This document shows, piece after piece, positions 18,167 to 29,759 of a stretch of DNA of 64,000 nucleotides. Position 1 is the stretch's first letter, and each line of letters starts with the position of its first letter. Source of the stretch: Bugula neritina (Eukaryota; Animalia; Bryozoa). Under the pieces are notes generated by a model. The model did no database searches and was not told where the DNA came from. It was given only the letters and a program-made list of their open reading frames with translations. Location: the NCBI GenBank assembly GCA_964035545.1, contig OZ037769.1, forward strand, positions 7,607,929 to 7,671,928, given 5' to 3'. Made by a program: the position numbers and the translations under genes.

Positions 18167-20528
18167 TCAGTTGCTATGATGATGATTAATATTTCTCAAA
18201 ACTTTCATATCATGCAGCTTCGCTTCTCTGGCTTGTAGAGCCTCTTCTACTGTATCTGGTAAGTTTGGATCATTGAAGTAACCTGCAGGAGTAATAAAAT
18301 GTTAAGATACTTGTGATAAAATATTACACATGTATGTACATGGCAGCTTGGTGTACATGGCAGCTTGGTGTAAATGACAGCTTGGTGTAAATGACAGCTT
18401 GGTGTATATGACAGCTTGGTGTATATGACAGCTTGGTGTACATGACAGCTTGGTGTGTATGACAGCTTGGTTTATATGTCAGCGTGACATACATACTAGA
18501 CATGTATGTACATACATATCAAAATGATGTACATATTAGCATATGGTGTACGTATCAGCATGATGTACGTGACAGCACAGTGTATATATCAGCTTGTACA
18601 TGTATGTTGGTACAGTTTTGAAAATAAAATTTAGCCAATGTTTTAGTAAAAATCTCAAATGAAAATAATATTATGTTTAATTAGTAAAACCTAGCTTACA
18701 AAAAGACATGAACCATTTAACAAATGTATTTTCGATTATCGATGTAAAAAATAAATGGCTATTTACAAACTTACATTACCAAGTATTAAATTCCTCAATA
18801 CTAAAATTGTAGGATATGAAAAATATTCTGACAATGTGTAACCTCCATTCATATTACTTATAACCACTGCAGGCAATATTATGCTCATGATATGAAACAG
18901 AAATAGTAGCAAATGAGAAGCTTTGACATTTAGAATAAAACAGAAAATGACACAATTTAGACTAAACAAGAGAATACAATTCCAAATAAGCATAATACGA
19001 CAGTGACTATTGTAGCTCTGACGTTACTTACTTGCTGCAAATTCCCTGATATCTTCGGGTCGTTGAAGGAACACCTCTCTGTAACAATCAATTGAGTAAA
19101 CCATGTTTACTAAAAGGTACCTTTAGGATTCATTGAATTTTCATTGTGTACAATGCCTACCAGCAACAAAACATAATATGGTAAATTAGATAAAATATAA
19201 TAAAAACTATTGTTTTTAAAAATAGATGACAATGCTTTTTATTATGGATTAAAATACCAGAACACAGTCAACAAAAGTTTCATTTTAATATCTGATGATA
19301 TTTGGTAACATTTTTATTATTTAAAACACCACCGTAAACTCAATGTTTAATTTAAATATAAGAAATAAGTATGAATAGTTTGATAAATGTGTTACTTTTT
19401 AATCTGTTAATCTCCTAGTACCTAATCAAACAAAACAAAAACATATACATTATACAGATTTATAAAACAAGCCAATCATTTTTTCAACAGAAAATGTATG
19501 AGACAAACTAACTGTCTAAAAAACTTTCAAACATTTGTTTGTTGTTGAAGTAAATTTATGCTTGTGAGAATTATTTTCATATTTGCCCATTTGTTGCAAT
19601 GGTGTGTGAGCCATGTATCTTAAAAACTATTGATGAAATCCCATTTTATTTGCTTAACGGAAAATAGCCTAACTATTTAATTTGTAAACTTACTATATTA
19701 CAATGGCCTATTACAATCAAATATATATCAGATTAATAGATATCTAGGAAAATGATTTATACAAGAGATACTAGTTTTTTGCAGGAACAATTATATTTCT
19801 CAATTAGACAGCCTATAGACAAAGCTAACATACCTATAAAGATAGTAAAAAATTGAGCCAAACAGACAAAACTACAACATTCATTCATGCTAAATACCAC
19901 TGTGTTTAAAGTAGATGCATTCTTACTTTAAAAAACTAGACACCATGCAGTCTACCTCTGGGTGCTCCCTCAGATATTTTTCATTTGCCATTCTGACTTG
20001 AATCTACAAACAAAAATGTTATAAAAAAATTGGTGAATGACAGTTCTGACATAGTGACATTTGCCAAAAATGCATGGCAGTCTAATAAGCATTACTTGAT
20101 TTATAATATGAATATCAATTAATGTTAATAAAAGTTATTAAAAATTTCAAGCTTGACTTGATTTAACTCAACATAATTTAAAAGCTTTAAATAATTTGCT
20201 GTTACAAATTAATCAAATAATAGTTTACGTTGTAAATATTATTTTAGTATTAGCAAAATATTAAGTTAAAGTATAACATTTCTATTTATAAGGCACAACT
20301 GAAACGCAAAGTGAGTTTCAAAGTCAACGTGAGTGATCAAAATTTGTGAACATTATCAATCCTAATAACACTTGATTACAAACACACATTATGATTGTTA
20401 TTTTAATAAACCTTGTGTTTATTGAGCTTTTCTTGTTGATCTTTACTTAAAGCTCCAAGATCATTTGGACCTCCTAAATCGTACTTTTCCATCCCATGAG
20501 GGCAGTTTGTTTTAGGTTGGTCGGCCAT
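18167..20528 (-). CDS. RIIAD1: RIIa domain-containing protein 1, 118 aa, 4 exons
   Basis: Exons 20528-20412, 20003-19927, 19078-19032, 18282-18167, in phase. ...DLGALSKDQQEKLNKHKIQVRMANEKYLREHPEVDCMVSSFLKEVFLQRPEDIREFAASYFNDPNLP... matches the RIIAD1 pattern (GALS..Q...L..FKIQTRIANEKYLR.H.EV......F..E.FL.RP..I.EFAA.YF.DP.LP) as I recall it. Confidence 0.92.
18336..18600. repeat. 17-bp minisatellite (TGACAGCTTGGTGTACA) in RIIAD1 intron 3, decaying to the right
   Basis: About 8 well-preserved copies followed by degenerate ones. Confidence 0.9.
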
Positions 20529-21109
20529 CTTTGCGTTGCTAGAGTGACTACCACTCCGAAAAATTGGACCAGTTGACATTCGTTATTAAGCTTATTCGGT
20601 TACATATTTTTATAACATTTATTTAGTAAATTAATTTATTTTAAAATTGATAATTTTTGAAAATCAGCAGTTGTGTAACTTTATAAGTTATAAGGCTATA
20701 TGAAGGGGCGGTGCTAAAATTTGTAAAAATCGCTAGAAACAGCATAAAGTTTGGGGTAATTAAGTGCCTTTATACCCCAAAGGGTTACAGTTCAGTTGAA
20801 TAGATCCCGCTGTATACCTTATTACCTCGAAACCGCTGCACTCAGTGGTCACTAATTTTGTGCTACATCAAGCGGTTGCTAAGCTTTTAGTGAAATTCCA
20901 GTATAAATTCTTACAGCAACTTTGCAGGGGCGTCAATTGGGAATCCCGTTCATTAGCTGCTAGCAGCTGGGAATGACTTGCAAAATTTTAATCTTTGCAA
21001 AAAAGCAGAATCCGCTGTAGAAGTTGATAGCGGATAAGGATCACTCACAATTACTGTAAGCTCGTTCAGTGCCTATTATTCACTATACTTTATAACTTAA
21101 AGTTAAACT
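20529..21109. promoter_or_regulatory. Probable bidirectional promoter between RIIAD1 and the DsbA/FrnE gene
   Basis: Divergent start codons with 581 bp between them; locally raised CpG content; GGGGCGG at ~20705. Confidence 0.65.
20535..20548. promoter_or_regulatory. Candidate RFX X-box next to the RIIAD1 start codon
   Basis: The minus strand reads GTCACT-CT-AGCAAC, fitting GTNRCY-N0-3-RGYAAC. RIIAD1 is a cilia/flagella-associated gene. Confidence 0.5.
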
Positions 21110-22757
21110 ATGGATTCAAAAAGTAAAAAGCCATTATTAGACATTCAAGTAGTAAGGTAAGTGATACTTCGAACTGATAGTTACAGTAGACGTACTCGTA
21201 GTTACACTTACTGTGTCTGTTGTCAGATCAGATAAATCATAAATGAAAATGAAAATAATTAAATATTAATTTACAGTTACACTTATGCTTACAGTATCAG
21301 TATGAGTATGAGTATTAATTCTTGAAGTTAAAGTTGAACAATTTATGTTATTTCAACTCAAAGTTATCTAAATGAAATTAATTATTTCTTATTTATTTTT
21401 TAAATTTCGCTGGACACTGTTACTGTTAGACTTAGAGTTAGAGTTGGAGTTGGCTATTCTTAAATAGTATTACTCATACTCTAATAGTAATAGTGTAATA
21501 CTAATACTAATAGCCAAAAGAGTTACGCAGAAGGTGAGAGTGACTGACGTTTAGCTATCAGTATTAATAATAACATTATAAGTATTATTATTAATCAATA
21601 TGAATGTTATTAAATTTAATGATTAATGCCTGAATCTTTAAGTTTAATAACATTGTTCTGTGTTGTAGTGATATCATGTGACCTTGGTGCTGGGTCGGCA
21701 AGAAAAAGCTAGAAGCTGCTATGATGCAAACAGCTGACTTGTACGACTTCAAAGTAACCTGGGAGCCGTTTCTCCTCCGTGTGGGATTTCCTGCAGATGG
21801 AGTTGAGAAACCACCTCAATACCAGAATATAGAGTAAGACCTGGGGCTAACTTAATGCACATAGCAATAAATTGTTAGAATTTATTAATTCTAATAAACA
21901 TGTTTGTTTACTGTTTTCGAGTTTGGAAAGTGTTAATGAAATATAATTCTCTCTTATTTTGTGGTAGCAAAACTGGACACTTATATTTGGCTGGTAAATC
22001 AGTGGGTATAGAGTTTACCGGGAAGTGCAAGCGATTTCCCAACACTATAATGAGCCACACAATGCTAGAATATGCCAAGTCTTTGGATCCCACTCGGAGA
22101 ATACAGAACGAGGCTGCAGAACGCATCTTTCAGGTCAGCTCACTCATGAAATACAGTTTTGATATAACAAGATGAGAATGTTTTGCAGTGTGTTAGCTCT
22201 TATGTGTGAAATTTTAATAACTTTTAGTTAAATTTTGTGCCAAGTTTAAACTTGACTGGTTGTTGACAGGCATACTTCACTGACGGCCAGTACCCTGACA
22301 GATCTCTGCTGGACAGCATTGCGTCAGACATGAAGTTCGACATGTCTGCCTACCATTCATACATGGACTCTCAGGAGAATGTAAAGCAGGCGGAGCAAAG
22401 TGCCCTCAAGTGGCGATCTCAAGTTCAAACAGGTCTGTCAGCTTACCTCCTCCTAGATTTATTTGATTATAATGACTCCAGCTATTTACTGAGAATAGCT
22501 TATTTTGCTTTTGGGAGTTTTCCTCTCATTTGTCAAGTAAGGGCAACTCAAAAAAAACTTGTTTTGTCTTCATTTCTAAATATTTTTATATTATACATCA
22601 CCCATAGCTTAATCACTGCATACACATGTATCACACCACTTGAACGGAATATTACCTCTACTCTGCAGGTGTACCATTCTTCATTATTAACGGAAGGCCA
22701 TGCTTTTCTGGAGCTCAAGAATCCGATACATTTGTAAAGACTTTTGCAAATCTATAG
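21110..22757 (+). CDS. DsbA/FrnE-family thioredoxin-fold oxidoreductase, candidate selenoprotein (UxxC), 209 aa, 5 exons
   Basis: Exons 21110-21156, 21669-21833, 21968-22133, 22270-22432, 22669-22757, in phase (630 nt). MDSKSKKPLLDIQVVSDIM[TGA 21679-81]PWCWVGKKKLEAAM...VTWEPFLL...NTIMSH...IFQAYFTDG...GVPFFIING...SGAQ, all FrnE hallmarks. The TGA occupies the first Cys position of CPWC. Confidence 0.93.
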
Positions 22758-22913
22758 CCGCTTCAAACTATTAAGTTTTCATAACTTTGATATTTGTCCA
22801 TTTGTTTTATTTTTTGAGCTTATTTTGATATTCTTGATTTGTGATATTAGCGACCATTTCATTATCCTGATTCAGGGAGTACTTAACAAAGAAGAGATGT
22901 GATTTGCTCACAA

Positions 22914-22991
22914 TTATTGCCAGATTTATGAAGTTATTTTCCTGAAATTCATTTTATGAATAGGATTTAGTGGAATTGTACCTTGCAATGG
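22914..22991 (+). promoter_or_regulatory. SECIS element (type II) in the 3' UTR of the DsbA/FrnE gene
   Basis: Helix I TTATTGC/GCAATGG; core ATGAA (22928-32)...GGAA (22972-75); helix II GTTATTTTCCTG/TAGGATTTAGT; unpaired AAA (22945-47); ministem TTCAT-TTT-ATGAA. Lies upstream of AATAAA at 23119. Confidence 0.8.
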
Positions 22992-23261
22992 TTGTTAGCA
23001 ATACTTAATAGCTCTTCTGTAACCCACCTGTTTATTGGGGCGACGTTTTCAATTTTTGAATTTGATATTTGCACAAGAAAACATAAATTAGAATGGATTG
23101 ACATGAACTATATTTTTTAATAAAGAAGATTTTTTCATGATTTTATCCGTTTGGTTTAATTACCTGATCTAAGAGCTAGGCTGACTTTTCATATACAGTA
23201 CACTCTATATCGGTGCACCACCACTTTATCTGCTGGGTTATGCACTTCATGCCTGTGAAAT

Positions 23262-23342
23262 ATTTTCCTAGTTGGAATTCAGACTGCACACCCTGGCTTG
23301 CAAGCTGGTGTGCTAATCATTACACTTCAGGGGCTACTAGGT
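23262..23342 (-). mobile_element. Degenerate tRNA-derived SINE-like head
   Basis: Minus strand AGTAGCCCCTGAAGTGTAATGATTAGCACACCAGCTTGCAAGCC... aligns by eye with the better copy at 50030-50115. Confidence 0.45.
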
Positions 23343-26300
23343 AATTAAAATACAGAATACTTATTGTTGTTTGGCTCACTACATACTTGGTATATCTCTC
23401 TGCGGAAAACCTATCAGTCAGTTTTACGATGATCATATAACAGGTCAAAGTTCAGCTGTTGATGGCTAGATGCGCATTGCACTTTCAGTCTCAAAATATT
23501 GTTAGAACACACAAAGGCGTAGTTTAGATAAACTGTATGAGGAAGCTTTCGGCATTCTGCTTGCATTATGTAACTTTTCGAGCAGACAAAAATATTTGTA
23601 TTGCACTCTACGCCAAAATATTTTCAGGTAATAATTGTTTATACGAATATATATCCTTGCATTTTCTGCATTCTTTTTAGAAGAATTTGTTTCTATTTTA
23701 TCTACAGTTGTCTGGGTTAAACTGTGTGTATTTGCTTTATGGGTTTTGTATATAGCATTCATAATTCAAAACATCAAAAGTAGAGGACAAAACTAATGCC
23801 GTTACACAGCCATGGCTTGTTGATACAATTACTCATAGATATTTGCAAGTCTGCACAACAAAGCATTCAACCACATAATATGCTAGGATTGGCAACTAGC
23901 AAAATTGAGTTGATAAGTTGTTTAGCCTTTTAGCATTCTTTTTGCAAACCACAGTTAAATCACTCTTGCTATCTTCACCTATCTCTGCTCTGTCCTGTAA
24001 ATCACTCTTACTATGCAATATCTTTGAGGTAATACTTTCTAGCCTGTAACTACATATTATATGCTCTAGAGTATACATGATACAGGAATCTTTGAAAATT
24101 CTAACAACTTGATTTTTCACTTTTATACTGCAAGTGTTACTGCATCCAACAATAGTTTTCATTGGCCACTGAAATAAACTTTAAAGTTGAAAAGAAACTC
24201 TGGCAAGCATATGTTCACCAAATTATCGGTCAACCCTCAGCACCAAGTACCATAATCATTTTATTTAGTTTGGCAAATAACTTCTTATATAAAGTTTGAG
24301 CCTTGTCCTTTCTAAACTGTATGAGCGCAAAAATATCTGTAATTTGCAAGGTTATAAAACTACAAGCTTCGTGTGAGAAATGAATTGCATTGTGCAAGGT
24401 TATATATTTCCTGTTAAACCAACCATTAACAGGCAAGTGCTCTTTGGCTACAGGTGTTTGTTGAACACTTTTACCTTCAATACTTGCTATGACACATGTC
24501 AACATATTATTTATTTGTATACTTAATTAGGTAACAATATATACTTTGTAATTTTAATGTAAACCAAGGCACATGCCACGCCATCAAAGCCATGGTTAAG
24601 TACATGCGCACCCAGAGAGACGTTGGGTTGCTTAGACAGTCTGCAGCATGTCTTCACTATTTTTTGCTTGTATTCAGCAACCAAGAAGTCAACTATAGCC
24701 GCCAGACTCTAGTGGAAGTGACAGCTGGCAGCGTAGGATAGGAATCACAGCAAATACAGGTTTGCGCAGCTTCTGACAGCGTAATTCACTTCTAAATGTA
24801 ACGTATAATATTGGAAACTTACTTAAAAAAAATTAGTAAATAAGCGCTGCATATTTTTTCAAAGAAGACTTTAGCTGGTGAAATAATTATTGCAAAAAAA
24901 AAGAAGTTATGTATTCAAAGTCGAGTAGTGATGTTGTTTAGCATGTAAAAAAAAAGAAAATATAATAGTCAAGTGATGCGGAGAATTTAACTGTAGGTAG
25001 GTAAGAAAGTTGTATTACTGTTAATAGATAGAAAATGAAACATGTCAATTGGTAATAATATAGTACAAGGAAGGAAAGCACATGATAGAATTATATTCTT
25101 TCAAGCAAGCCTGGTCTATCACATTTAATCTGAGACACCCTCATTCATTGTATTTGAACTCATGCACTATGCATATGCAAATGTTATCATATTAATTGTT
25201 GTATTTATTTCTCAGGATAATGGCATATATTTAATTTTTGTTATATGCTGTTATATAATAACTAATGGAAGAAAATAAAATTGGGATTGGCTAACTTTAA
25301 GAATCTGAGCACATGACAGCAATTTGCAAGAACCCATGTGGTATAGTCACTAACTGCTATAATATTATGTTGCTGATCAAGCTGCAAGAAAGTTGATAGC
25401 TGTAAAACTACCACTAGTCAGTCTATTATCACTGTATAAATATTACTAACTTTAACCTTTAGAACTTTATCAATCTGTGAATAATACAAGCTATGTTTAT
25501 AGCCTGGTGCTAAGATAGTAAAATTAGCCCTTCAAATAACAATTCTGTCCATTGTAAATTTGTTCCACCACAATATTTTTAGTGAATCATAATTCTACAA
25601 TTGCAACACCTTATTGCAGCAATGTCCTTCATCAAGCATCTCATATAGTAAAAACTTGTACCTCCAAACAAGCTTATCAAGCATATTCCTGGCAGCATAA
25701 AGCAATGATTGGGTAGACAACTTCTCATGCTACAAATATCTATAATGTTGGACTTGTTTGCACCTTTGTTCCTCAATGCTGATGTTATGTATTTTTAATC
25801 ACTACTGAAAAATAATATCAACTATCATTTGATTGATAATTAGGTCAGCTGAAATGTATACATAATGCATTTGTTTCATATATAATAGATACAAAATATT
25901 ATGGTCTATGGTCCATGCTTTTGCCATTAACAAACAACATATGAAGTTTTGACAGTAATAAAGCCCAATGGCTACGCAGATTGATTAAAGCTGTATTTTA
26001 TCGCACAAAATAATGTTAATTATTGGCAAGTTATGATAAATCCCAATTCTTCATTGCTTGACCTCAATACTACACTACTTCAATTGAACAGAAATCATCA
26101 CAGATAAAAACTTGCACAGCTAGCACTAGGGTAGTAAATCAACAGATTTTCTCGATCAGACTTTTGTCCTTGCCCATTGCTTTCATTAAATATTTGTCTG
26201 CCTAGCATGCTCGAATTTCCAGACAGCAACCCTGCCAGAAAGTTTTTCCATTTGTTATAGAGATGATATTTATGTAAATGAAGAGTGTAGAACCTGTGTC

Positions 26301-27150
26301 TATAGTCAAGGCAGCCACTGTACATGACAAGTTAGAGGTTTATAATTTGCTCTTATTCGTCCAAGTTTTATTTACTTACACATTTACACAGTTTGGAATG
26401 CGGAGTCAAAATCTAAATATAGAAATAGTTCTATTTTTAGCCAGGTTTATAAATTATTGTGGCTGCTATGCCAACATACTATTTGGACTAAACATTCTTA
26501 CTTATTTGATGTATTTTCAATAAAAACAATTCCAAAGAGCAATCAATGCAAAATAGTAATAACAAAACAAAACACAAATTCTCTCTAAAAAAGCCTCGAG
26601 AAATGATTTTAACTCTATAGTGGAGCCATTATCATGCAATGAAAATCATGTAATGATTAATATTTTATCATATTAAAGCCTTTAAATGAAAAAACAATAT
26701 AACTATGCTACACGTGTAATAAATGTGCACTTGCAAATAGAAAACAATTAAAATGACTAGAGATACAAAATTTACAGCTGCTAGAAAAATAAAAATTATA
26801 TTATATAAAAGATAGAAAATGTAAAACAATGAATCGCCTATACAATAAATGAAGACATACAAAAGTAGTCTTGTGACATTCTCAATATTTACACATCCAT
26901 ACACTAAATTATGAGCTTCCAAATTCAAATTGTAAATTTCAACTAGTCAATATCAAACTAGCATAAGTAGCAATCACCTATTAAATGAAAAGAATATACA
27001 CACCACCTGATATTAGGCCTCCAACAGGATTATTAATAATAAGTTAGACAGCGGTTTCAAGATTCAACTTATTTATTAGAGATGATAAGCTCAATATAGG
27101 AAATATTAGTACAATTACAACTGGCTACCTGTAAACACCTGCTATTGGTG

Positions 27151-29759
27151 TCACACAGAGAGTAGCTTCCCTTCATACAAAGGAACTCCACCATTAGATT
27201 CCATATACTTGCATACACCTGTGTAAACTGCTCTCCTGAATATTAGGAGTCCAGCAAACACAACTGTTAATATAATAACCAGTACTAGCCACACTTTCAT
27301 ATCATACGTCTCAGATTGACTAGAAAACACGCTGTGTCTAGCTTCATTAGTTTGTACAACTTTGTCAATACAGAACTGGTCCACAGGTACCTGTGAGTGT
27401 GGATTAATTACCTGTGAGCATAAACTGCCGGGACTAACCAATTCTATAGTCATGTACGTATTCTGTACAGAGCTGTCATTTCTCATCAGATGCTGAGCTG
27501 TCACTAGTGAGCTGAACAGTTTCTCTCCCTCCGTAAGCCCGAGAGCTACAGATACGAAACCTTGAGCATTGTGATAGGTGGAGAGTGGAGAGCCATCCCA
27601 CGCTATAGGCCATGTCCTGTGATAACCTGAGCCTAAACCGGTCACGTAGAGGTCTACCTTGTGTTTAATAAACAGATGAAACAACTTCTGACACGGAGCA
27701 GGTCTGGGAGAGATTGTCTTTGTGGGCAGACAGAAAGACTCGTCCAGTGAGATCACCAACAGCCAAGGACGAGTTTCCCGAGCAACAGCAATGTCTTCAA
27801 ACACTTGAGCCAATCGGCTGATCTGAGATTTCAGTTGATCACTCCTAAATCCGACTACTATGAGAGGACCGAGGAGTGTGTAAAACGTGTGCTCAGTCAC
27901 TGGCCACTCTGCACCAGGTAGGGGGAAGAGTGTAGATTCCTCTGCTGCCTCATCGCCCGGCAACAACAAAGAAGGTATCTCAGAAGCAAACTCTTGAAGA
28001 GTGTCTAAATAGTCAGTGGTGTGCCTCCGGGGAGTGTAGGAGTCTATATGAGTGACCAGTGATAGCTTGTGTTTCTTAAGCTTCAGAGTGTTAACAGTGC
28101 GTTCATTCAGCTTACCAGAAACTAAGGCTATACTTGGAGACCAGCCGCTACCAGCCCGCCAAGAGTGAAAGCTGTAGGTGTTGGAATGAACTGAAGCACA
28201 CAGCACTCTGTAGAAATACTGATGCCCAGGGTGGGCAATGAGCAGTGAGGCATAGTAGACGTAGGGATAGAGGGAGCCACTGGAATTCTGCAAAATGAAA
28301 ACTCATAATTAGGTAAAATTCAGTAATTTTACTGATCAAGTGTTTTTTAAAACAGTAAATATATTATTAACAGAGCAAATAGTTGAGACTTAGCGAAATG
28401 ATGCCATACACTACGTTTCCAAGCTTTGGCAGAATGGATTTTTCATTGATGTTTGGAAACACACAAGCATAAGTTCAAGCAAACAGCTATCACAAACTTA
28501 TCTGAGCATCTATTCCCAAAGCAATGGAAATGCAGTGATAAACATGAGTAACTTTATTCAACTATTTGACAATTGGTGAGTTTAACTCGGTTGGATTCAG
28601 CAACTCTTTGAGTTAAAAAACTTGCTTATCTACTCAACAACAAACGAAAGGTTTCCCAACACACATCAGCTACTCAGATATCATCTTACCATACAATACA
28701 CTCTCACAACTAGTACAGAGTATAACATTTAGACACATGTCACAAACGGAGAATGAACACATTCACACGACATTATCTGCATGAGTGTATAGAAAACAAT
28801 TTAAATGCCTAAAAAGATAAATATAGTTTGAGAAAATTGAAGAAACACCCCTACTAGGGGTATTAGAAATGCATTATTTGACAATTAATTACAGAATTAG
28901 AAAACAATTAAACAAACAAATCGGAGTAAGAGCTACCAGGAATAGTATGACAAGTGTTATGTGGACTGCACATAGCTATACCTTCTCAGCAACAGAAGCA
29001 AATGTCTCAAATTCCATGTCCTGGTTGATGCCATACTGTACAGCTATGAGATTGTTAGTAGGCAGGTTAGTGGTGAAGGTTACTATGATGCTGCTGCTGC
29101 CACTGGAAGGTGTTAGGTGCACATGACCTATCTTCAGTTGACCTTTGCCCTTCACTTGGCACTCACCAAGCTCTATAACTGGTGGATCAGGAATTTTATT
29201 AATCCACCTAAAATTAAGTTTAGTAGAATAATATAACCAATAGCTACCAGATGATGACTAAGTATATCATATTTTATATAGGAAGAAGCTCAAGATAAAA
29301 GATGAGCATAAATTCTCAGTCGTCAAGAGTTTTTACAACATGTATCAATATTCTTCTTCAGATTTCACAGAGCTAACTGCTAAATACCGGTAGCGACAAA
29401 ACAATGAGCATAAATATACAGCACAAAATAGCATTTCAGAACTAATAATAAATTTGCTGTAAAATGTTGTAGTGTGTATTAGCAGACGTTGCTTTGTGAC
29501 CAGCACAGCTTGAGATGAAATACATGCTGTACGGATTTCAAATGCTCTGCAGGAATTATAATTTTAGTTGTAAGGAAATAGATGATGAAACTTACTTGAT
29601 GATTGGATACCTGAAGAGATATAGGAATATGAGGAATAAGAAAACTGCAACCATCATTTTCTTGTAGTTGGAGTCAGAAGACCAGCTGAACCTTGAGAAC
29701 ATGTGATCGTTCTCCTTCAATAGTCTCTCTAGCTTCACATCCCTTCCATTGGATCTCAT
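27151..29759 (-). CDS. Purple acid phosphatase (ACP7-like) fold membrane protein, probably catalytically inactive, ~508 aa, 3 coding exons
   Basis: Exons 29759-29596, 29207-28982, 28287-27151, in phase. PAP N-terminal FN3-like motifs (HVHLT...IIVTFTT...VQYG; HPGHQYFYRV); metallophosphoesterase scaffold (RETRPWLLV; LFIKHKVDLYVTG...YHRTWPI); hydrophobic helices at both ends. Confidence 0.85.

Noticed and set aside
21679-21681. Interpreting the TGA as a pseudogenising nonsense mutation
   Set aside because: It falls exactly on the catalytic Cys position, the rest of the gene is intact and a SECIS-like element is present.
24560-24790. GC-richer patch, possible exon or retroelement remnant
   Set aside because: No convincing splice pair, long frame or recognisable motif.
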